Below are positions 26,202 to 32,000 of a DNA stretch of 32,000 bases, piece by piece. The notes under the pieces are model-generated. The model saw only the letters and a list, made by a program, of their open reading frames with translations. It was not told the origin of the DNA and did no database searches. The stretch comes from Vulcanisaeta distributa DSM 14429. GTDB lineage: Archaea; Thermoproteota; Thermoprotei; Thermoproteales; Thermocladiaceae. The translations under genes and the position numbers were made by a program. Position 1 is the stretch's first letter, and each line of letters begins with the position of its first letter. The DNA is taken from NCBI RefSeq assembly GCF_000148385.1, contig NC_014537.1, forward strand, positions 1,500,001 through 1,532,000, written 5' to 3'.

Positions 26202-27557
26202 ATGGATTTTGAGGATATTGAGGAGTTTATTCTCAGTAAAATTAGGGAGTCTAGGTTGCCGGGTCTGAGTATAGGCATTATTAAGGGTAATGAGTTGGTT
26301 TACGCCAGGGGCTTTGGCTTTAGGGATATTGATAAGGGCTTACCCGCAACACCGCGGACAATTTACGGAATAGGTTCAATAACCAAGTCCTTCACGGCAC
26401 TGGCAATACTTAAACTCGCGGAAGAGGGTAAGTTAAGTCTTGAGGATCCCGTTGATAGGTACGTGCAGGTTAAGCTAAACCCATTAGGTGTGGTTACAAT
26501 ACACCACCTACTGACTCACAGCAGCGGCTTGCCAGCACTTGGCTACGCGGAGGCCTACATAAATGGTGTACTTGGTCTCGATAGCAATTGGCTACCACTG
26601 GCCACACCTGAGGATGTGTTGTCATTTATGAGGAATGCGGCTGATTGGGCAGTGGCAAGGCCTGGTGAGAAATTCTTTTACCTGAATGAGGGTTATGTAA
26701 TACTGGGCTTAATAATCAGGAAGATTAGTGGTATACCCTATGAGGACTTCGTTAGAGAGAAGATACTGAAGCCACTCGACATGGATAGGACATACTTCAA
26801 AGCCGATGAGGTTCTTAAGGACCCTGAAGTCGCCACTCCATACATAATTGATAAGGAGGGTAGGCACTTACCGAGTAAGTTCCCATTTGGAATAACGTCA
26901 GATGGTGGGTTATTGAGTAATATAATTGATATGGCGAGGTACGTATCAATGCTAATAAATAGAGGTGAGCTCAATGGCGTTAAGATACTGGGCAGGGAGT
27001 GGGTAGAGAGGGCTGAGAGAGGCTACATTGATGTTCCTTGGAAGATAGTCAGTGATGAGAGGTACGGCTATGGACTAATAGTGAGTCAGGACTTCTATGG
27101 CAGGAAGTTAGTGGAGCATAGTGGTAATGTGGGTGTTTACACGGCGGATATGGCATATGTACCAAGCGATAGAATTGGGGTCGTTATAATGGCGAATGCC
27201 GAGGGCTATCCCCTATCAAAGATGGGAATTTACGTACTAAGCAAGCTGCTTGGTCATGACCCAAGTGAATTAAGGGCTTTTATGATTGAGGAGGTGAATA
27301 AGAGGTTAGAGGGCACGTATGAGGCATATAGCGGTACTGTAAAGATCTCAATACAGAGGCAGGGAGACTACTTAATAATGAAGAGCGTGACGAAGTATAC
27401 TGAGGAGACGACAATACTTGTGCCAGATGAGGTAAGAAGGGATTACGCCAGATTCTACACCCTAATGAATGGGACCAAAATACCTGCTGAGTTCTTTATA
27501 GAAGGTAACAGGGTGACCCTCATTTACGAGAGATTTAAATTCATAAAACGAGAATGA
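26202..27557 (+). CDS. serine hydrolase, beta-lactamase/S12 peptidase family, with an extra C-terminal beta-rich domain
   Basis: 451 aa with SxxK (GSITKSF), YxN (FYLNEGY) and HxG (EHSGNVG) motifs in the expected order. About 100 aa of C-terminal domain follows the catalytic fold. Confidence 0.8.
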   Translation: MDFEDIEEFILSKIRESRLPGLSIGIIKGNELVYARGFGFRDIDKGLPATPRTIYGIGSITKSFTALAILKLAEEGKLSLEDPVDRYVQVKLNPLGVVTIHHLLTHSSGLPALGYAEAYINGVLGLDSNWLPLATPEDVLSFMRNAADWAVARPGEKFFYLNEGYVILGLIIRKISGIPYEDFVREKILKPLDMDRTYFKADEVLKDPEVATPYIIDKEGRHLPSKFPFGITSDGGLLSNIIDMARYVSMLINRGELNGVKILGREWVERAERGYIDVPWKIVSDERYGYGLIVSQDFYGRKLVEHSGNVGVYTADMAYVPSDRIGVVIMANAEGYPLSKMGIYVLSKLLGHDPSELRAFMIEEVNKRLEGTYEAYSGTVKISIQRQGDYLIMKSVTKYTEETTILVPDEVRRDYARFYTLMNGTKIPAEFFIEGNRVTLIYERFKFIKRE

Positions 27558-27782
27558 GCAGTTAAGGTTTATTCTCGTAGAAAGATTTTTAAAGAACTAC
27601 GTTATACGATATCCGTATGATTAGAATAAAATTTAACAGAGGTAATATAAGGAGGAGTGACTCGAATGAAGATGCCGATAGATATATGTATATAGATAAT
27701 GTTCAAGAATACGGTAAGTATTATGCATTTATACGGCGTGTCCCAATGTGACAGTGTTACTTAAGTACTCCAGCGTTAAATA

Positions 27783-28157
27783 ATGTCTGTGATTGTTGGC
27801 AATATAAATAATGTTCCTCCTGAGGATGTTTCAAAACTATTAAGAGGGACGAGGGGTTTTTACGTTCAGTGGTTAATAACTAAGGAACATGGTTCTAAAT
27901 ACGCTGTTAGGAGGTTCATAGTTAAGCCTGGCGGTTTTATGCCCCTTCATAATCATAAGTATACTGAGGCTGTTGTAATTCTCAGGGGTAAACTCAGGGT
28001 TAGGACTGATGGTAAGATATACGAGCTTGGTCCAGGGGACTTCTTCTTCACAGGGCCGTATGAGCCGCATGCAATTGAGAATATTGGCAATGATGAGGCT
28101 GAGTTCATATGTGTTATTTCCTATGAGGATGATATGTCGCTGAAGCCCCTGGAGTGA
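27783..28157 (+). CDS. cupin-domain protein
   Basis: 124 aa with both cupin motifs: PLHNHKYTEAVVILRG (HxH...E) and GPGDFFFTGPYEPHAIEN (P.G..H...N). Confidence 0.8.
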   Translation: MSVIVGNINNVPPEDVSKLLRGTRGFYVQWLITKEHGSKYAVRRFIVKPGGFMPLHNHKYTEAVVILRGKLRVRTDGKIYELGPGDFFFTGPYEPHAIENIGNDEAEFICVISYEDDMSLKPLE

Positions 28158-28282
28158 TTGAATGTTTTGAACTTTATTCTTATGATTTAGGGTCAAAACA
28201 GCATGTTATATAGTAATAATTAGTGTGATGTAGATTATTTGTTGAAAAATAGTTATTAAGAGGTTATTATAATGCTCAGCTG

Positions 28283-29500
28283 ATGAATCCAATTAATGAT
28301 TATTTAAAGGATACTGTCAGGGAGTTACAAGGCGAGAAGGCTTTCACGTACCTAGCCAAGGCGCGTGAGGTGGCTGAGAGAAAGGGCATTAAGATTATAT
28401 CCTTTGGCATTGGCCAACCCGACATACCAACCTTTGATAACATAATAAATGCAGCCAAGAAAGCCCTTGATGAGAAATTCACTGGTTACACAGAGACGGA
28501 GGGTATTAGGGAGCTTAGAGAAGCCATTGCTGATTACCTCAATTACAGGTATCACGCCGGCGTTAGGCCTGATGAGGTTATTGTGACCACAGGCACTAAG
28601 ACGGCTATTTTCCTAGCCATAGCAGCCTACGTAAGGCCGGGCGATGAGGTTATAATACCAGACCCAACATACCCAGCCTACCCAGAGCTCACGAAGTTCT
28701 TCGGCGGTAAGCCCATTTACGTTGCCATGAAGTTTGACCCAGAGAATGGGTTTAGACTTAACCTAGAGACCATAGAGAACTCTGTTACCACGAAGACGAA
28801 GGCCATTGTAATAAATAATCCGCATAACCCCACCGGCGCCATTTTCAGGCCTGAGGAGGTTATGAAATTGCTTGAGATAGCTAAGGACTACAAATTACTG
28901 GTTATTGTTGATGAGATCTATGATAATTTCGTCTATGAACCTGGGGCCTTCAAAAGCGTCCTGGAGCTTGAGCCCGACTGGAGAGACTACGTGCTGTACA
29001 CCAATGGCTTTAGCAAGACGTTCTCAATGACTGGTTGGAGACTTGGTTACCTGGTGGCGAGTAGGGGGGTTATCGAGCCAATAAGGAAGTTGGCAGCAAA
29101 TACCTATAGTTGCCCACCAAGCATCGCCCAGAAAGCCGGTGTTGAGGCCCTTAGGAATGAGACATCCTGGAGGAGCTCCAGGGCGATGATCGATCTATTC
29201 AGGAGAAGGAGAGATGTAATGTATGAGGAGTTAAGGAAGATACCAGGCATTGAGGTTTGGAGGAGTACGGGCGCCTTCTACATGTATCCAAGGGTTAAGA
29301 AAATACTCGATAAATTGGGCATGGATGTTGAGAAATTCGCTGACTGGTTACTTGAGAATTACGGTGTCGTCGTATTGCCAGGAACAGCCTTCTCAGAAAC
29401 AAATATGGGTAGGGAATACGTAAGGCTCAGCTTCGCGCTTGATGAGGGATTAATTAGGGAGGGCATAGAGAGGATTAGGAAGGCCGTGGAGGGAAATTAA
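28283..29500 (+). CDS. PLP-dependent aminotransferase, class I (aspartate/aromatic aminotransferase-like)
   Basis: 405 aa. VINNPHNPTG and the PLP-lysine block NGFSKTFSMTGWRLGY are present, along with a terminal R in YVRLSF. Confidence 0.9.
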   Translation: MNPINDYLKDTVRELQGEKAFTYLAKAREVAERKGIKIISFGIGQPDIPTFDNIINAAKKALDEKFTGYTETEGIRELREAIADYLNYRYHAGVRPDEVIVTTGTKTAIFLAIAAYVRPGDEVIIPDPTYPAYPELTKFFGGKPIYVAMKFDPENGFRLNLETIENSVTTKTKAIVINNPHNPTGAIFRPEEVMKLLEIAKDYKLLVIVDEIYDNFVYEPGAFKSVLELEPDWRDYVLYTNGFSKTFSMTGWRLGYLVASRGVIEPIRKLAANTYSCPPSIAQKAGVEALRNETSWRSSRAMIDLFRRRRDVMYEELRKIPGIEVWRSTGAFYMYPRVKKILDKLGMDVEKFADWLLENYGVVVLPGTAFSETNMGREYVRLSFALDEGLIREGIERIRKAVEGN

Positions 29501-29510
29501 GCAGTGTGAT

Positions 29511-29990
29511 TTAGCATAATAATAAGTCGGATTTTTCACCTAAAGGCGTTATTCCTAGGTTACTCATTACATTAGTAATTATTTTCAGAGTCAAATCATC
29601 ATTAGGATTGCTCGCAATACCTCTTATATTACCGGCGTACTTACATGGATTATTTATGAAATCCTCATTACTATACTGTATGAACAATTCCCTCCTAACT
29701 CCCTCACATAATATCCGTATAAGGACCTCCTTATCGCCATGGTTACGAATAACGTCACCATATATCGATGAATACTTCGTATAGACCTCAAATCTAACTT
29801 GAACGTAATTACCCGGGCTACGAAAAATAGGTCCCTCGACTATTAATGAATCAAGAAATCCATAATCATTAATAATAAATTCAACTGTTAATTCAAGTTC
29901 ATGAAACCAAAAATGAACAATCAAGCAATCAAAGGCCTTTAAATACCTCGAACACATAATCCCACTCTCAGTACAGCTCCTTATACTCAC
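29511..29990 (-). CDS. hypothetical protein (no recognisable domain)
   Basis: 159-aa ORF with a GTG start. The internal ATG at 29957 sits about 27 nt downstream of a GTATAAG TATA-like box, so 29511..29957 is probably the real extent. The gene is visibly more AT-rich than the adjacent aminotransferase gene. Confidence 0.5.
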   Translation of the reverse strand: MSIRSCTESGIMCSRYLKAFDCLIVHFWFHELELTVEFIINDYGFLDSLIVEGPIFRSPGNYVQVRFEVYTKYSSIYGDVIRNHGDKEVLIRILCEGVRRELFIQYSNEDFINNPCKYAGNIRGIASNPNDDLTLKIITNVMSNLGITPLGEKSDLLLC

Positions 29991-30354
29991 GATAAGGTAA
30001 GTAGCTTAATCAATATTTAACATTAATGATTCACACGATACTTTACAAATAGCAAATAAAATCACAAAACTAATGATAGGATCATTCTAAAGAAAACACT
30101 GGAGAAACCTTTAAATAAAAGCAAAAATAAATAAAAGTAGCAAAATATCAGGTAAGCCCACTATCGTGGGCTCAAATGAAATCACTATCTCTTTTTTCTT
30201 TTCCAGTAATTATTGTACATATCATTTCCTGTTATATCAAATATTATTTTATCTTCTACAAGGGAATAATTGCAATATAATATAGAGATCTATAAAATCT
30301 TTATCCAGAACATACTAAAAAGATTTAAATGCATCCCTGGCAATAACTCATCGT

Positions 30355-31152
30355 ATGAGTTTTGTTGAGGTTGGTCTTGGAGACGTGGTCGGGATTATTA
30401 AGGAGCTGAGGTCGCTTAGGGACTCAATTAGGAATAGAATCACTATTAAGGTTCCCAGGGATTACGTTATCGGTAATGTTGATGTTCTGGCTAGGCCGAT
30501 GTTTACTGACGGCTTTGTCGTGTCCTTTAGGGTTGGTCAGAGTGAGTATAGGGTTTGGTGGTCAAGTATTGAGGAGTCATTGGGTGGTAAGAGCGGTGAC
30601 TGGGGTGATTATAGGATTGTAGGTGGTAAGGAGCCGTATATCGAATTCTTAAACCCTGATGGTGGTGTTGCGGCTAGGGTTAGGGTTAATGAGGAATTGA
30701 TAAGTAGGTTAGACAGTATGTTGAATGCGGCATTCCTACTCAGTGTTGCGGATTGGTTTATTGAGGATGATGTCCGAAGCATAGCCAACATAGCCAATGT
30801 ATTCATGCCAGAGGACTACTCAGAGCTTAGGTACATCAGCGACTTCGTGGAAACCGTACACTCAAAGTTAAGTGAGTTAAACATCATTAAGGAACTTGAG
30901 GATGGCGTTAGGAGAATTGAACTCGAGTGCCACATGAATAACCATGGGAATAGGGAGATCGTCGACGTAATACCAGTCGGCAAGTACTACCTATGCCCAG
31001 AGTGCCTAAGGAAGGCGGAGAAGTACGTTGATGATGTGCTCAACAGGTGGAGGAACGTGAAGATAAGGGTACCACTCGAGACATGGCAAGGAATCCAAAA
31101 AAGTATAGAACAGACAAAGGAAATAATAAAGTCAATAACGGAAACTATATAA
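30355..31152 (+). CDS. hypothetical protein with a C-terminal CxxxxH...CxxC zinc-ribbon-like motif
   Basis: 265-aa ORF. TATA-like ATTTAAAT at 30323-30330 lies about 28 nt upstream of the ATG, a leaderless geometry. The C-terminal ELECHMNNHGNREIVDVIPVGKYYLCPECLRKAE suggests a metal-binding knuckle. I recognise no family. Confidence 0.6.
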   Translation: MSFVEVGLGDVVGIIKELRSLRDSIRNRITIKVPRDYVIGNVDVLARPMFTDGFVVSFRVGQSEYRVWWSSIEESLGGKSGDWGDYRIVGGKEPYIEFLNPDGGVAARVRVNEELISRLDSMLNAAFLLSVADWFIEDDVRSIANIANVFMPEDYSELRYISDFVETVHSKLSELNIIKELEDGVRRIELECHMNNHGNREIVDVIPVGKYYLCPECLRKAEKYVDDVLNRWRNVKIRVPLETWQGIQKSIEQTKEIIKSITETI

Positions 31153-31375
31153 AATACCTCCTTCCTCCCTACAATGACTCAAAATAAAACAAACCTATTA
31201 CAACGTTATTATTAATACATAATAGGCATTAATACCAATAAATAATTAATAATGTTTTTACGAACAATAAACAATGAATAACCCACGGCACACGTTACAA
31301 TTCCACAGGATCACCCACCACAAACAATCACACCTATTAAATAGCCATAACGATAAAACCCAAACACAACGACCA

Positions 31376-31474
31376 TGGTGCGGGGGCCGGGATTTGAACC
31401 CGGGACCTCCCGGTTATGAGCCCTACGCGGGGCTGCTGCCCCAGGGCGCTCTAGCCGGGCTAAGCTACCCCCGC
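31376..31474 (-). tRNA. tRNA with anticodon CAT (elongator Met or Ile2 type), containing a predicted 21-nt intron in the anticodon stem; CCA is encoded
   Basis: The reverse complement is GCGGGGGTAGCTTAGCCCGGCTAGAGCGCCC[TGGGGCAGCAGCCCCGCGTAG]GGCTCATAACCGGGAGGTCCCGGGTTCAAATCCCGGCCCCCGCACCA. It folds with a 7-bp acceptor (GCGGGGG/CCCCCGC), D arm GCTT/GAGC and T arm CCGGG-TTCAAAT-CCCGG. The anticodon arm CCCGG-CTCATAA-CCGGG forms only after removing the bracketed 21 nt (plus-strand 31423-31443). G1:C72 argues against an initiator tRNA. Confidence 0.85.
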
Positions 31475-31497
31475 TCCATGACCTTCTCCTTCTCTGG

Positions 31498-31504
31498 TTT
31501 AAAA
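31498..31504 (-). promoter_or_regulatory. TATA-like box of the tRNA gene
   Basis: The minus strand reads CTTTTAAACC, and the TTTTAAA centre is about 27 nt upstream of the tRNA 5' end at 31474. Confidence 0.45.
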
Positions 31505-31533
31505 GTGTTTTTCTATGGCCGTCTTATTCATGG

Positions 31534-32000
31534 TTATAGCCTTGGCATTCTTCTTCGTCTTCTTGGTCTTAGCGTGTATCTTAGCATGTATATGATTATT
31601 ATGATTAGTATTAGGAGGAGTAGGGTTTGTGTTGGTGTTGCGTAATTAACCTGTGGTGTTGTTTGTTGGTTTTGTGTGTTGTTTTCGTTGTACCATTGTT
31701 GTATTATTGTGGTTATTTCCTGGGCTATCTGTGGGTTCTCTATTATTATGCCGAGTTCCCTATTGTGATTTAGTGAGTTGTAATCGAGGTTTACGCTTCC
31801 TACGTAAACGTAATCGCCGATGACTATCGCCTTGGCCGTTAGGTCTTTGATCATTACTGCGTTCAATTCGCTGACCGCTTCTTCATTCTCGGTATGTTGT
31901 CCAACGAGTATTAGCCTATCACTATGTGTCAGGATTAGGCCGTACATACCAGAGGATGGGTAGAGCTCCTCCATGGCCATGTAAAGTGTTCCTGGCTGAC
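31534..32000 (-). CDS. phospholipase D/nuclease-superfamily-like protein, C-terminal part, with a Q/T/N-rich linker and a C-terminal TM plus poly-Arg anchor; the gene runs off the right edge
   Basis: The frame stays open upstream of the listed ATG to position 32000 (..QPGTLYMAMEEL..). The HKD-like block is LTAKAIVIGDYVYVGSVNLDYNSLNHNRELG, with GSxN and the downstream N..E present but Thr where the motif His is expected. The tail is NNTQNQQTTPQVNYATPTQT, then LLLLILIIIIIYML, then RPRRRRR. Confidence 0.6.
   Translation of the reverse strand, partial: QPGTLYMAMEELYPSSGMYGLILTHSDRLILVGQHTENEEAVSELNAVMIKDLTAKAIVIGDYVYVGSVNLDYNSLNHNRELGIIIENPQIAQEITTIIQQWYNENNTQNQQTTPQVNYATPTQTLLLLILIIIIIYMLRYTLRPRRRRRMPRL

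Noticed and set aside
28163-28200. 8-bp inverted repeat TGTTTTGA ... TCAAAACA just after the cupin stop codon
   Set aside because: The arms are short and AT-rich and are separated by a 22-nt loop, so any hairpin is weak. Archaeal termination relies mainly on T tracts. There is not enough to call a terminator or operator.
28225-28283. C/D-box sRNA-like pattern (GTGATGT ... CTGA) upstream of the aminotransferase gene
   Set aside because: The C box is imperfect, there are no internal D' and C' boxes, and the CTGA is simply part of the sequence around the aminotransferase ATG (CTGATG).
30150-30185. Partial resemblance of the hairpin region (reverse strand ATTTGAGCCC) to the tRNA T-arm (ATTTGAACCC), considered as an att-site repeat
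   Set aside because: My hand alignment gave only about 15 of 27 matching positions beyond the 10-mer. The element does not fold as a T arm, and the match is too short to support an integration junction.
31274-31645. 123-aa + strand ORF
   Set aside because: It runs antisense straight through the tRNA gene and into the 3' end of the PLD-like gene. The GC-rich tRNA sequence keeps the frame open by chance.
31290-31700. A/C-rich tract left of the tRNA and G/T-rich tract right of it, considered as flanking inverted repeats
   Set aside because: The best-matching pieces (CCCAAACACAAC versus GGGTTTGTGTTG) are complementary but not reverse-complementary, so they cannot pair or act as terminal inverted repeats. 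The right tract simply encodes the Q/T/N-rich linker of the PLD-like protein.
1-32000. Search for CRISPR arrays, IS elements or transposases, integrases, rRNA, toxin-antitoxin pairs and known defence genes
   Set aside because: I saw no regularly spaced direct repeats, no transposase- or integrase-like ORFs, no rRNA-like segments and no defence-associated domains in any listed ORF. This was visual inspection only, so short or degenerate elements could have been missed.

Overview
The window looks like densely coding archaeal chromosome, probably a Thermoproteales-like crenarchaeon. This is inferred from several things. TATA-like boxes sit about 27 nt upstream of most start codons, so transcripts appear leaderless. 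AGG/ATA codons are common, and a thermopsin-family protease is present. Exported proteins carry C-terminal TM plus poly-Arg anchors, and a tRNA has an intron at a non-canonical position.

Left third: a partial SDH-family serine protease, then a four-subunit 2-oxoacid:ferredoxin oxidoreductase operon (alpha-beta-delta-gamma) whose alpha gene carries an in-frame TGA. Next come a CBS protein, enoyl-CoA hydratase plus FAD-linked oxidase, an alpha/beta hydrolase, a doubly frameshifted retropepsin-like pseudogene, and a 793-aa membrane-anchored thermopsin-family protein.

Middle: MFS and APC transporters, then a roughly 10 kb block that looks like a beta-glucan/oligosaccharide utilisation locus. It holds a cytoplasmic clan GH-A glycosidase, an ABC-exporter membrane domain with no ATPase domain, and a five-gene operon (two Opp/Dpp-type permeases, two ATPases, and a signal-anchored GH12-like endoglucanase). 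A divergent family-5 binding protein completes it. A 38-nt near-perfect palindrome lies in the divergent promoter.

Right third: NCS1 permease, FkbM-type methyltransferase, MBL hydrolase, S12/beta-lactamase-family hydrolase, cupin, class-I aminotransferase, two divergent orphan genes, an intron-containing tRNA(CAT), and a partial PLD-like exported protein.

I saw no CRISPR array, rRNA, transposase or integrase. I did not find a convincing complete novel multi-gene system. The best leads are the interrupted korA-like gene, the palindromic operator candidate, the truncated ABC exporter at the operon junction, the tRNA intron, and the orphan gene pair next to the tRNA.
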